Shown piece by piece: positions 38,326 to 47,900 of a DNA stretch of 64,000 nt. The DNA is taken from positions 10,795 through 74,794 of IMG/VR virus record IMGVR_UViG_3300034170_000100. One strand, written 5' to 3'. Origin of the DNA: a virus. The translations under genes were made by a program, and so were the position numbers. Within the stretch, counting starts at the first letter, position 1. The number at the start of each line of letters is the position of its first letter. Below the pieces are notes generated by a model. The model ran no database searches, had not been told where the DNA came from, and saw nothing but the letters and a program-made list of their open reading frames with translations.

Positions 38326-39309
38326 TTACAGGATGAGGTCGCCGGCTGCAATCAGCGCATCCTTTTGCTTGCAAGCAAGGAATGCATTGCAATATTTGCA
38401 GCCAGTTACACCGCCTCGCTTGGTAACGAGGACGCCGCCTTTGGTAGCAACGTGCAGGTCAGCTTCAGCTTTGTCGGTGAAGTTTTTGGAGGAACGAGCA
38501 CCAGGCTCATGTGCTTTTTCTGGTTTGGCGAACCACCGGTACGTGTCTTCCTTGCGCCACAGCTCTTTGTCGGTGCATTGAGGCATTTGCTCCTCATCTG
38601 CATGTTCAAGGTCGATCAGCTGCTGAACCTTGCGTTCCACCCACTTATCCGTCTCTTCATAGCTCATAAGCTGGAGCTTGCGAGTATGCATGCGGGCCGG
38701 TGGGTAGTTGTCAGGATTCATGTTGCGGTCCCGGCCATTCCAGTCGGTGAACTGGAACGTCAGGTTCATCCAGTCCTTGGTGACCAAGGTCGGATTCAAC
38801 CACCGATACATGCTGCCCTGCAAGATGTAGTGCTCGAAGTCAGCGTTCAGGAACTTCCACACGGATGTGTTCTTCAAGTCCTCGACGGCACCGTCGCCGA
38901 TGAAGTCGAACTTGCCGGTCACACGGACGCCTAGGACTGTCTTGGCGCTGCGGATCTCCGTATAGACGGCGATGATTCCGCCTGCGGCTACTTCCTCGGC
39001 AGAGGGGTTCACACGCACCTTGCTGGCCACACCCTTCGGGTAACCCAGGCGAATAAGTGTGTTTACCAGCTTGGGGGATTTCCAGGCCGCTTCGAAAGCG
39101 TCGTGGATCGCGGTGCCATTACTGGATGCAGCTAGATCAGCCACATCGGTGGACGCCATGCCCTCGGGCACTCGACGGGCCAGGATGATTTGCTTTACTG
39201 GTTTCAGCAGTGCTGTTACCGACAAGCCGGCCTCTTCCCGGTCATACGTCTCGTGTGCCAGGTAAACCTGGGCGAACAGCGACAAACCAGTGTTATTGGT
39301 GTACTTCAT
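38326..39309 (-). CDS. PD-(D/E)XK Cas4-like exonuclease (N4 gp42-like)
   Basis: GTAIH, TGKFD, EDLK motifs and C-terminal CKYC...C cluster. Confidence 0.85.
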   Translation of the reverse strand: MKYTNNTGLSLFAQVYLAHETYDREEAGLSVTALLKPVKQIILARRVPEGMASTDVADLAASSNGTAIHDAFEAAWKSPKLVNTLIRLGYPKGVASKVRVNPSAEEVAAGGIIAVYTEIRSAKTVLGVRVTGKFDFIGDGAVEDLKNTSVWKFLNADFEHYILQGSMYRWLNPTLVTKDWMNLTFQFTDWNGRDRNMNPDNYPPARMHTRKLQLMSYEETDKWVERKVQQLIDLEHADEEQMPQCTDKELWRKEDTYRWFAKPEKAHEPGARSSKNFTDKAEADLHVATKGGVLVTKRGGVTGCKYCNAFLACKQKDALIAAGDLIL

Positions 39310-39668
39310 GCGTTGTGCTCCGGTTGTTCAGCCAGCCACGCCCCAAGGGTGCGATGGGCTTCTTTGAGATCTTGGTAGACAGTTTTACCTCCCGTGCGGC
39401 ACCCGGGCACCAGCAATTTCTTGCGTGTGTGGTACAGGCGGGACGAAGGCAGTGGGAACAGGTCATCGATACGGTAGGTATCGATAGCTGCCCAGTGAGC
39501 TGGAAGGACTTTCCAGTACGCCGGATAGTCCTTGGCGAGCTGAGCAGCTTCTTTGTCGTTTAACCCTTTGGTAACCAGCGGAACGACGAGGGTCGAGTTT
39601 TCCCCCTTGTTGATCGTTACATGGTATATGCCGGATTCGAAAATCTGGGCGTGCAGGGACTCACTCAT
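39306..39668 (-). CDS. hypothetical protein
   Basis: ATGA overlaps with both neighbours. Confidence 0.7.
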   Translation of the reverse strand: MSESLHAQIFESGIYHVTINKGENSTLVVPLVTKGLNDKEAAQLAKDYPAYWKVLPAHWAAIDTYRIDDLFPLPSSRLYHTRKKLLVPGCRTGGKTVYQDLKEAHRTLGAWLAEQPEHNA

Positions 39669-40126
39669 GAGGTTTCCTTCTTCAGTTGGTGGCGTTGGCG
39701 CAGTTCGGCCAACGATGGTTCATGACGCACCAAAGAGCGGGGCTCCAGGTGCTTTGTCATACGGAGGATGACCAGCTTTGCCGCTGCCATGTACCGGCGT
39801 GCTTGCCGGTCCGATAGGCGCAGTACGCTGGCCAGATGCTCGCTTGAGATGTTCTCCATGTAGGAGAGCACGGCGAACAGGCGCGTCGGTGACAAGTTGC
39901 CACCGGAACCATGATCCAAGGTGCAGACACCGGTCACGATATTTTCGATTAGCGTGTTGTCGCCCAGGCGTTTGAAAAACGCGAAGCGTTGGTGATGCGG
40001 GTTCTGTAGAAAGCGCACACGGTTGGAGCTTGGCGTGTACTCGCGCTGCAAGTGCATGTTCACTCGATCCGTTCCTGATTGGCCCAACGATGCGGCCAGC
40101 GATGGGTAGCTATCCTGCAAATTCAT
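39665..40126 (-). CDS. hypothetical protein with possible HTH
   Basis: SSEHLASVLRLSDRQARRY resembles an HTH; AGGT SD. Confidence 0.65.
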   Translation of the reverse strand: MNLQDSYPSLAASLGQSGTDRVNMHLQREYTPSSNRVRFLQNPHHQRFAFFKRLGDNTLIENIVTGVCTLDHGSGGNLSPTRLFAVLSYMENISSEHLASVLRLSDRQARRYMAAAKLVILRMTKHLEPRSLVRHEPSLAELRQRHQLKKETS

Positions 40127-40372
40127 GGGGTCACCTGTGGTTAATTTTTGGTCAATCGAAACGGACCCATGTATATAGAGGGGACTCTCCTCCCCGATTC
40201 GCTATGCGATCATGAAGGCTCCCGGAGGGAGCGACTCCCCTCATCCCCCACACCCACACCCACCCACGGACTCGACACGCCGAGCGGGGTGCCAGGAGGG
40301 TCGCGCAGCGAACCCGACGCCCGCACCGTAGCGGAGGCGGGGAGAGGCCAAAAGAGATAAAAAATAGACAAC

Positions 40373-40401
40373 AAAAAACCCGCCAGAGTAGTGGCGGGTT
40401 T
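40373..40401 (-). terminator. terminator-like hairpin in the divergent intergenic region
   Basis: minus strand AAACCCGCCACTACTCTGGCGGGTTTTTT. Confidence 0.55.
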
Positions 40402-40620
40402 CGGTCTAGAGCACTGATTTTCAAGGAGAAAGATAGGATTTTGCTGCTGACCGTGGATGCAGAGTATTACGGTAATAGCGCTGCGTCAAGCACGCAAACC
40501 CCACCGTCTTACCCATCCCGGCACTCGTTCGCTACGCTCACTCGATTGGGCGGGACGACGGATGGTGTTTGCTAAGGGAAAGGGGTGTAGAATCCCGTTC
40601 AATTATGTTAAGGGGGCTTT

Positions 40621-41913
40621 ATGAGCCAAGTTTGTTCAATCACCCCAACCGGTGACTATGTTTGCGGTACAGGGGACTGGACCGGGCCAAAGCCTGGCGA
40701 TCCAAACACATCCGATATTCTGCTGACGGCAGTGCCTGCCTTTGGTGGCATTGACGTGAACTGGACATGGCCAGATACCTACCCGGAGGCTGTTGCGTAC
40801 ACCACTATTTATCGTGGCACTGGCAATGACTTTAATGCGGCAACTGTCCGTATTGCAGCTGCCTCCGGCAATTTCTTTTACGATGCTGTCGAAGATGCTG
40901 TAGCAACTCGGTACTACTACTGGATCATGCTCACGTCTATTTATGGTACCAAATCTCAGTTGATCGGCCCTACCTGGGCAGTTGCGAAGCCTCGCATCGA
41001 ACAAATGATCGAAGATTTGACAGGTCAGATCGATAATGGTGTTTTGGCTCCGGCCCTCAAGAATGAGATTGCCCGGATCGAATTGAACGCTCTGGGGATT
41101 ACCCAGGAGATTCTTGATCGTGCTGCCGAAGACGAAGCCATTGGCGCTGAAGTGCGCACAGTAGGCGCGTACACGGGTGAAACCCGGGCGCTGCTGCAAG
41201 AGGAAGTGCTAGCGCGTACCGAGCAAGGCAGTGCTTTCGTTTCCACGGTAAACACGTTGTGGGCTGAGGTAAATGGCAACATTGCCTCTATCCAAGTGCA
41301 GCAGACAGCCTTGTCTAGCCAAGTGCAGACTTTGGCACAGCAATTGACCACCTTGGAGTCACAGGTGGGCGAGGATTTAGCCCAGGTACTGCAAACAATG
41401 CAGACCAAGATTGATGTGGTTGACGGCAAAGTCGTCGCTATCGGCGCCTTGTACACAGCACAAGTGAACGTAAATGGGCTGATCGGCGGCTTTGGTGTTT
41501 ACAACGATGGTACTACAGTAGAAGCCGGTTTTGATGTCGATCGGTTCTGGATTGGGCGCACTGGCACCAATAAGCGGAAACCTTTTATCATTGATAACAA
41601 CGTCGTCTATATCGACGATGCTGCGATCAATAAGTTGGTATTTAGCAAGCTCCGTGATGAATCCGGTAGCTTTGTTGTCGCCAATGGCAAGATCCAGGCA
41701 CAATACCTGTCTGTCGACACCCTTGTTGTAAACCAGGCACAATCTCTGAATTTTGTTTCTGGTATATCAGGTTGGTCTTTCAACCGTGACGGTACAGTGG
41801 AAATTAATGGTCCTACTGGTGGTGGTGGGCGACTTGTAATCACCAACAGGGCAATTAAAGTATTTGACGGGAATAACGTCAAACGTGTTCAGTTAGGGGA
41901 CATGACAGCATGA
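40621..41913 (+). CDS. tail tip / central fibre protein with lambda-J-like C-terminal region
   Basis: FN3-like N-terminus (YYYWI), coiled coil, then YTAQVNVNGLIGGFG...FDVDRF...KPFII...VRVQLG-type end. Confidence 0.8.
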   Translation: MSQVCSITPTGDYVCGTGDWTGPKPGDPNTSDILLTAVPAFGGIDVNWTWPDTYPEAVAYTTIYRGTGNDFNAATVRIAAASGNFFYDAVEDAVATRYYYWIMLTSIYGTKSQLIGPTWAVAKPRIEQMIEDLTGQIDNGVLAPALKNEIARIELNALGITQEILDRAAEDEAIGAEVRTVGAYTGETRALLQEEVLARTEQGSAFVSTVNTLWAEVNGNIASIQVQQTALSSQVQTLAQQLTTLESQVGEDLAQVLQTMQTKIDVVDGKVVAIGALYTAQVNVNGLIGGFGVYNDGTTVEAGFDVDRFWIGRTGTNKRKPFIIDNNVVYIDDAAINKLVFSKLRDESGSFVVANGKIQAQYLSVDTLVVNQAQSLNFVSGISGWSFNRDGTVEINGPTGGGGRLVITNRAIKVFDGNNVKRVQLGDMTA

Positions 41914-42239
41914 CTTATAGTCTAGGTACTTGGGGGCCGACAGGCGGGGCTGAAATAACTGATGATTCTTTTACAGTTAGCACTACTTACACGGCTATCA
42001 TCTCTAAAGGTGCAGGGCGTTCGGTATTTATACCAATTACGGGCGTAAGTCCGTCTACGCACTCTGCTGTGTGTATTCCGGTGACTGACTACCCTACAGA
42101 TGGTCAATTTACTCAGGCTATTCAGTTCACCCCTATTGTTTCGGAGGGGGGCGTAACTGTTTATTTTGGATCGCCTGCGGCTAACACTGGGCCTACAGGA
42201 AGTACCCCACAACGGCTTCTTGTAATGAGGTTTCGATAA
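41910..42239 (+). CDS. small tail-tip accessory protein
   Basis: overlaps the J-like gene; beta-rich; MTYSLGTWGPTG start. Confidence 0.7.
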   Translation: MTYSLGTWGPTGGAEITDDSFTVSTTYTAIISKGAGRSVFIPITGVSPSTHSAVCIPVTDYPTDGQFTQAIQFTPIVSEGGVTVYFGSPAANTGPTGSTPQRLLVMRFR

Positions 42240-42895
42240 TGTCCTATGGTTTGGCTTTTACCAATAACGATAGCACTGTTATTCTGGACTCGGAGTTTGC
42301 ACGCCTGGTTATTGTGCAACAGGGCACGTGGTCAGGCACTGGGGCGGGTGTGGGCGTGGCTTTCACTGTGCCTGTTACTACAGCAGAGCCGCCTTTGGTA
42401 TTTGTGCGTCCGGCGCAGTCAAATGTATTTTGTTTCTGTAAAATATTAGGAACTCCAGGTAACTGGACAGGTTTCTCTTTTGTTGGCATTACAGGCCAAG
42501 CCACATCAGGTTCCTGGTTTTCTGGTGTCTTTAAATCTCAACCGTTAGAAGACTACGGATTACGCTTGTGGGATGCCGCTTCGACATTGCTTTTTGACTC
42601 CGGGACACCCGTAGCACAATTCACACGGATTTTATCTTCGTGGCAGTACTTAGGGTCTGTACCAACTTCTCAAGGTGTATCTATGTTGTCATGGACTGCA
42701 CCTTCACCCCTTAATACAGGGGATTTTATGTTATTAAACAATATTGCAATGGATATGGCAGGTATCACATCCAGGCAGGGTAATATGTACGCTTACTGGG
42801 AATACAACAACAATAGGCTTGTTATTAAAGCTGTTGGTGTGGATTTGCCTATAGCCTTTTATATGCCTGTTGTGTTTGCAAAAGCACCTGCATAA
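42239..42895 (+). CDS. tail-tip accessory protein
   Basis: internal repeat YGLAFTNND...ILDS / YGLRLWD...LFDS; PPLVFVRP motif. Confidence 0.75.
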   Translation: MSYGLAFTNNDSTVILDSEFARLVIVQQGTWSGTGAGVGVAFTVPVTTAEPPLVFVRPAQSNVFCFCKILGTPGNWTGFSFVGITGQATSGSWFSGVFKSQPLEDYGLRLWDAASTLLFDSGTPVAQFTRILSSWQYLGSVPTSQGVSMLSWTAPSPLNTGDFMLLNNIAMDMAGITSRQGNMYAYWEYNNNRLVIKAVGVDLPIAFYMPVVFAKAPA

Positions 42896-42963
42896 TGCTG
42901 CGTAACTGGATTTTGTGTATACTATTTTTCGTAGTGCCATGATAAACACATAGGAGACAGTCG

Positions 42964-45207
42964 ATGACTGCCGTTATTTTCAAATTTCAAAAGCCTGATG
43001 GCGAACCGGTGGTGGGGGCACCCTTCACGGTTACGTTACGTAAGCCTACATTCGACGAAACAACTGAGGAGGGCATTCTGCTGCCTGGCGTTATCGAAGG
43101 CATTACTGATGCCCAAGGCGTGTGTACGCTTGAATTGGCGCCAGGCTATGGCCTGTATTACCTTTCCATGGTCACGCCTGGGGCGGTTGAAGATGTTGAA
43201 GGATGCGTATCCGGGTTGCATTACAAATTCATCGTCCCTGAAGGACTGGTCACTGCCCGGGTAGAAACCCTGATTGTTACCTCACCAACATGGTCACGGC
43301 CCTGGGATGAACAGGCTTTGGTTGTTATCACTGAGGCAAAGGTGTCAGCCTTGGCTTCGGCTGAGCGTGCTGAGACAGCTGCGCAAACCATTGAAGGCGA
43401 TGCTGAATCTGCCCGAGATAGTGCGGTAGAAGCACTGCTCAGCAAAAATACTGCTGTTGCCGCCGCTTCCATAGCCTCCGATGCAGCTACTGCTGCCGGG
43501 CTCTCTGAGGTTGCAGCCAAGGCCAGCGAAGACGCGGCTGATGCATCTGAACTTGCTGCCTGGCAGTCTGCAATTACGGCAAGCACTCAGGCGGGTATTT
43601 CCATAGATGCAAGCAACCTGGCAAAACGCTGGGCGTCTGAAAATGAAAACGTAGTGGTAGCCGACGACAAAGAGTCGTCCTACTCCTATTCGCGCAAAGC
43701 TGCTACCAGCGCTACGGATGCTGCTGCATCTGCGGGCACTTCGGGTACTCAGGCTGGTCTGGCAACTGCCGCTAAAATGGCTGCTGAAGCTGCGGCGGTC
43801 ACTGCTACAGATGGAGCCAATGTGGCATCGGGTTCTGCTGCTACTGCATTGACTGAAGCCAACCGCTCCAAGGTAGAAGCGGATCGTGCAGAGGGGTATG
43901 CAAGTGCGTTGACGGGTTCGTTGGTTGAGGCCGGCTCTGTTGATCTGTCCAGTAACCAGTATCCTGCAAAACCCGTTTTTTCCAGTTTTTGGAAGGTGGT
44001 TATAGGTGGTGCGGTCGGCGGTGTTGACTACGGCATCGGCGACACTCTCGTTTATTCCAAGACCCTGGACCAATTCTACAAGATCGACAATACCGAGTCT
44101 GTCAGCTCTGTAAACGGTAAAACCGGTGCGGTGACTCTGGTCAAGGCTGATGTGGGTCTGTCCCAGGTTGATAACACGGCCGATGCAAACAAGCCTGTCT
44201 CTGCGGCGCAGCAAACTGCTTTGAACGGTAAACAGGCAAGCGCAGCCAACCTCACTGCATTCGCTGGTTTGACTGGTGCTATTGACCAGCTCCCTTATTT
44301 CACCGGCGCCGGGGCATTGTCGCTGTCAACCCTGACTGCTAAAGCGCGTCTGCTTAATGCCCGCACTGATGCTGCTGGTATGCGCACTGAGATATCCGCC
44401 GCATCAAGCGGGGCGAATAGTGATATCACCAGTCTATCAGCAATGACTACCCCGCTATCTGTTACACAGGGAGGCACAGGGGGAAGTTCGCAAGCAGGTG
44501 CTCAGGCGGCCTTGGGGCTAGTTCCAGTTTCTTCTAATGTTGATACCACCCCAGGTAGGGTATTAACCACTGGCTGGATGGGGTTGGGTGGTAATGTTTT
44601 ACCGTGGAGTGGTAACGCACAAAACCCTGACGTGTACCTGACCGGTGGATCATACTGGGGCGAGTTCACTATGGTCGACTGGAATGGTACCGGGACAGGA
44701 TCAAGTCCTGTTGCTGGGTATCTGGTTGTCACTTGTGGTGGTGATGATACATTTAAGGATCAAGTATTTAAAAACGGCGCTAATGGTACGATGTTTACAC
44801 GTTCGCGTAATAGCTCTACAACATGGAGTGGATGGGCGAAAACATACAATAGTATTAATGCCACGCAAGACCCACAAACACTATTTGGCCTTATGTCTTC
44901 TACAGTAGTTAGTGGTTGGACAATTGAAAAATTTGCAAATGGTACTTGTATTGTCGCGGGCACCTTTACTAGCGCTAGTCTCGCCGCTAACTCGGTAACA
45001 TATGCGGATATAACTGTACCCACTGTTTTAGTTAACGGAGCCGTGGCGGGAGTTACAGCGTCAGCAACTCCAACTATAAATTCGGATATTTCGGCGATAA
45101 ACGCCGTTATGAGTACCGATACTTTGGCGCGTTTAACTATACGTAATGGATCTTCCCCTCAGTCATCGCTATTTCGTATAAAAATTATTGGACGGTGGAA
45201 AGCATGA
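42964..45207 (+). CDS. tail fibre protein
   Basis: Ala/Ser-rich coiled coil; VSSVNGKTGAV, DVGLSQVDNTADANKPVS and GANSDITSL...QGGTG fibre motifs; C-terminal receptor-binding region. Confidence 0.9.
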   Translation: MTAVIFKFQKPDGEPVVGAPFTVTLRKPTFDETTEEGILLPGVIEGITDAQGVCTLELAPGYGLYYLSMVTPGAVEDVEGCVSGLHYKFIVPEGLVTARVETLIVTSPTWSRPWDEQALVVITEAKVSALASAERAETAAQTIEGDAESARDSAVEALLSKNTAVAAASIASDAATAAGLSEVAAKASEDAADASELAAWQSAITASTQAGISIDASNLAKRWASENENVVVADDKESSYSYSRKAATSATDAAASAGTSGTQAGLATAAKMAAEAAAVTATDGANVASGSAATALTEANRSKVEADRAEGYASALTGSLVEAGSVDLSSNQYPAKPVFSSFWKVVIGGAVGGVDYGIGDTLVYSKTLDQFYKIDNTESVSSVNGKTGAVTLVKADVGLSQVDNTADANKPVSAAQQTALNGKQASAANLTAFAGLTGAIDQLPYFTGAGALSLSTLTAKARLLNARTDAAGMRTEISAASSGANSDITSLSAMTTPLSVTQGGTGGSSQAGAQAALGLVPVSSNVDTTPGRVLTTGWMGLGGNVLPWSGNAQNPDVYLTGGSYWGEFTMVDWNGTGTGSSPVAGYLVVTCGGDDTFKDQVFKNGANGTMFTRSRNSSTTWSGWAKTYNSINATQDPQTLFGLMSSTVVSGWTIEKFANGTCIVAGTFTSASLAANSVTYADITVPTVLVNGAVAGVTASATPTINSDISAINAVMSTDTLARLTIRNGSSPQSSLFRIKIIGRWKA

Positions 45208-45584
45208 AAATTAAACTTTGGCCTGATCTTGTAAGTTGGCCACTTGCAGCCTCAGTAAGTGGTGATGTAATCACCATTAATGGTGAAAAGATCGATCTTT
45301 CTGGTATTCCTGAAGGATTTCGCTTACCGGGTAGCGCAGTTGGCAATAACTGTTTTGTAGGCACCGAATATGTGGAACGTATTAACGGAGTGCTACATTT
45401 CACCTTGTTCTTACCGGTTGCTTGGGAAAGCCCAGAACATCTGCGTAATCCGGCTACTCCAATTATTTTGGATGTAACTGAAGGTGATGTACCATTCCCG
45501 GTCACTGCCCCACCAGTGGTGGATGTATTTGAACCAACACCAGTATTGGAGGAACCAGAAGATGGTGGACTTGAGCCAGCTTGA
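45204..45584 (+). CDS. tail fibre assembly-type protein
   Basis: GDVITINGEKIDLSGIPEG.RLP...VERING motif typical of genes following Pseudomonas phage fibres. Confidence 0.75.
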   Translation: MKIKLWPDLVSWPLAASVSGDVITINGEKIDLSGIPEGFRLPGSAVGNNCFVGTEYVERINGVLHFTLFLPVAWESPEHLRNPATPIILDVTEGDVPFPVTAPPVVDVFEPTPVLEEPEDGGLEPA

Positions 45585-45762
45585 AAAAGTGAAAACTGTG
45601 GCAGACGTTGAAGCTGAAAATGCTAGAACTGCTGCCATCCAGTATCTGAATGACACTGATTGGTACATTATCCGCTTGATTGAAACACAAGCGGCTGTGT
45701 CAGGCGAAATCACAGCTAACCGGGCAGATGCCCGCAAAAAGATTAAGGATGCAAGCAAATGA
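45562..45762 (+). CDS. small tail-associated protein
   Basis: YLNDTDWYIIR...RADARKKI motif; GGAGG SD. Confidence 0.7.
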   Translation: MVDLSQLEKVKTVADVEAENARTAAIQYLNDTDWYIIRLIETQAAVSGEITANRADARKKIKDASK

Positions 45763-46289
45763 CACTTAAAGAAGTAAATCAAGTCCTTAACCGGATGTTC
45801 AGCTACTTTCCGGCCAACTATGACAGTTTGGCTGTGCGCGTCCTCCTTTTCACCATTGGTTTGCAGGAATCGCGCTTTACTTCGCGTCGTCAGATGATCA
45901 GCAAGATCGTCGACGGCAAGAAGGTGCTTGTACCCGAAGGGCCGGCAATCGGCTTCTGGCAGTTTGAACTTGGCAACGAGGTCAGTCGTGGTGGTGTATG
46001 GGGTGTCCTTAACCACTTCCGGGTTGGTCCAATCGCCAAGCAGTTCTGTCGCCAGATGGGTATCGCTGCCGATCCGAAGACTGTCTGGTTGGCCTACCAG
46101 ACCAACGATGTGCTGGCCGCTGGTTTCGCTCGCTTGTTGCTCATGTGCGATGCCCAGGCGCTGCCAAAGATCGGTGATGAAGAGGCTGCATGGAAATGCT
46201 ACGCTGATCGCACCTGGCGCCCGGGTAAGCCTCACCGCGAGACTTGGGACGGGTTCTATGCTCAGGCACGCAAGGAATTGGGGGTCTAA
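45759..46289 (+). CDS. endolysin (lysozyme-like fold)
   Basis: IGLQESRF, GPAIGFWQFE, GFARLLL and WRPGKPH motifs; directly upstream of the spanins. Confidence 0.85.
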   Translation: MTLKEVNQVLNRMFSYFPANYDSLAVRVLLFTIGLQESRFTSRRQMISKIVDGKKVLVPEGPAIGFWQFELGNEVSRGGVWGVLNHFRVGPIAKQFCRQMGIAADPKTVWLAYQTNDVLAAGFARLLLMCDAQALPKIGDEEAAWKCYADRTWRPGKPHRETWDGFYAQARKELGV

Positions 46290-46801
46290 TGAACTGGAAG
46301 GTACTGGCGGCTGTGGTCTCCACCCTTTCACTCCTGGCTTGGATACACTTTGACGGTGTATCCCGGGGGGAACTGAAAGGGAAGCTGGAAGTCACAGATT
46401 TACGGGAGCAGTTGGCAACGGCCAGGGCCGATGCCCAAACTGCGTTGATTGCACACCAGCGTCAGATTGACGCTCAAGCCAAAGAGATGACCGATGTACA
46501 TAATCAAGAAATGGGCGATTTGCAACGCAGTGCTGTTGACAGTCGCAATGCTGCTGACGGCATGCGGGGTGAACTCGCCGCACTCCAAAGCCGACTGCGA
46601 AACCAGCCAACTGACAGTACCGGCACTGGATTCCAGCTATCGGCAGCAACCAAAGCCGCAATGGTGCTCTCCGAGTTGCTCAGTAGCTGTAGCGCTGAAA
46701 GATCGGAACTCGCAAGAGCTTTTGATGACTCTCACGCCCGCGGAGTAGGGCTGGAGAAGCAGTATGATTCACTGTTCAATTCGCTGAACAAAGCCCCCTG
46801 A
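46289..46801 (+). CDS. Rz: i-spanin (Rz-like)
   Basis: N-terminal TM helix, coiled coil, VLSELL...LARAFD...CE/LE.QYD-type end. Confidence 0.85.
   Translation: MNWKVLAAVVSTLSLLAWIHFDGVSRGELKGKLEVTDLREQLATARADAQTALIAHQRQIDAQAKEMTDVHNQEMGDLQRSAVDSRNAADGMRGELAALQSRLRNQPTDSTGTGFQLSAATKAAMVLSELLSSCSAERSELARAFDDSHARGVGLEKQYDSLFNSLNKAP
46494..46748 (+). CDS. Rz1: o-spanin lipoprotein (Rz1-like) embedded in Rz
   Basis: signal peptide with lipobox LTAC; Pro/Cys-rich; nested in the +1 frame of Rz. Confidence 0.85.
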   Translation: MYIIKKWAICNAVLLTVAMLLTACGVNSPHSKADCETSQLTVPALDSSYRQQPKPQWCSPSCSVAVALKDRNSQELLMTLTPAE

Positions 46802-46817
46802 TTGGGGGCTTTTTATT
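46790..46817. terminator. bidirectional terminator
   Basis: AAAGCCCCC-TGATT-GGGGGCTTTTTATT between convergent genes. Confidence 0.8.
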
Positions 46818-47079
46818 ACCCCAGAATTTCATCGCCGTCTAGGTCGTTGTTTTCCGCCCACTCTCGCACGATTTCATCGGGGTCATGGCCGATCTCCAAT
46901 GCGAACTCGTTCAAGGCATCCGCCTGGGACATTGCGTCACCTTCACCACAGGCCGTCACGCGAACGCCGTCAATCGGGCCAGTCCCTGTATCCATACTGC
47001 CGGAGGCGGCACTGGCTACACGTTTAAACGCCTCGTCGTTGTGGATCTCATAGACCACGGTGTAATAACGCTTACTCAT
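46816..47079 (-). CDS. hypothetical acidic protein
   Basis: ATG 47079 overlapping the upstream stop. Confidence 0.7.
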   Translation of the reverse strand: MSKRYYTVVYEIHNDEAFKRVASAASGSMDTGTGPIDGVRVTACGEGDAMSQADALNEFALEIGHDPDEIVREWAENNDLDGDEILG

Positions 47080-47459
47080 TTGAATATCTCGATGATGAAT
47101 GGCGCCGACAATGCGGTCAGCCAGAGTTGAACTGCAAAGGGGATGTTCCAAAGGGCTCGCAAAGCGCGCTCCGGCTGGTACCGGTCCCATTCTTGAAGGG
47201 TCATGACGTAGTGTTTATCACTTGGTTTCGCCATGCGATAAGTGCCTGCGTCAAGGCCGGTGCATAGCCCCACAGAGCCTGGCATAAGGCTGCATCCTTG
47301 CACATCCCCATCGAGATGCGGGTTGTTGACGATAAGCATGTCGCCTACCGCCTGGGACTGTTTACCCTCGGCACCTTTATGGGTGTAGAAGGCAATGTCA
47401 GTGGCGATCACTATGTCACCATGCAGCAGGTTCATAGGCCCGCGGCGCTCTCGTTTCAT
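47076..47459 (-). CDS. hypothetical protein with C-terminal hydrophobic segment
   Basis: GGAG SD before ATG 47459. Confidence 0.65.
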   Translation of the reverse strand: MKRERRGPMNLLHGDIVIATDIAFYTHKGAEGKQSQAVGDMLIVNNPHLDGDVQGCSLMPGSVGLCTGLDAGTYRMAKPSDKHYVMTLQEWDRYQPERALRALWNIPFAVQLWLTALSAPFIIEIFK

Positions 47460-47474
47460 AGAAACTCCAGGCGT

Positions 47475-47497
47475 AAAAAAGCCCCTTTCGGGGCTTT
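47475..47497 (-). terminator. intrinsic terminator after the holin-like gene
   Basis: AAAGCCCC-GAAA-GGGGCTTTTTT. Confidence 0.8.
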
Positions 47498-47499
47498 GG

Positions 47500-47826
47500 T
47501 TAGTTGGCAGATGGGGGAGGTGTGTACCCGATCCGTTTACCGAGCACAAACTCGGCGATGTTGAACAACTTGCCACCAAAGTGGGCAGCGATGGACGTTG
47601 CGATTGGCTGAGTCAGCCAAGCCGGCACAGTTTCATCAATTGCTGGGTACATGTCCCAAACAAGCCATCCTGCGATGACAGCCCCGAGGAGCTGTGCAAT
47701 CAGCCAGAAGATGGAGAATTTGTGGCCGGTTGCCAGTGCCTGGGCTACCGATAAAACACCAGTGCCAAGACTGATAACAAACGCAATGACCGCACCGGTA
47801 ATGGTAGGATCGTCTTTCCAGGGCAT
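47500..47826 (-). CDS. putative holin
   Basis: 108 aa with 2-3 TM helices; MYP...AAHFGGKLF motif resembling N4-like holins; GGAG SD. Confidence 0.7.
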   Translation of the reverse strand: MPWKDDPTITGAVIAFVISLGTGVLSVAQALATGHKFSIFWLIAQLLGAVIAGWLVWDMYPAIDETVPAWLTQPIATSIAAHFGGKLFNIAEFVLGKRIGYTPPPSAN

Positions 47827-47900
47827 ACAACTCTCCAGTCAAAATTGGCCTAAAATGTAACAGCGCACATGATAGTGGCATTTTGACTGGAGCGGAACAT

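Noticed and set aside
43340-43900. Repeat array in the tail fibre gene
   Set aside because: Ordinary Ala/Ser-rich coiled-coil coding sequence; no exact nucleotide repeats, invertase or diversity-generating elements seen.
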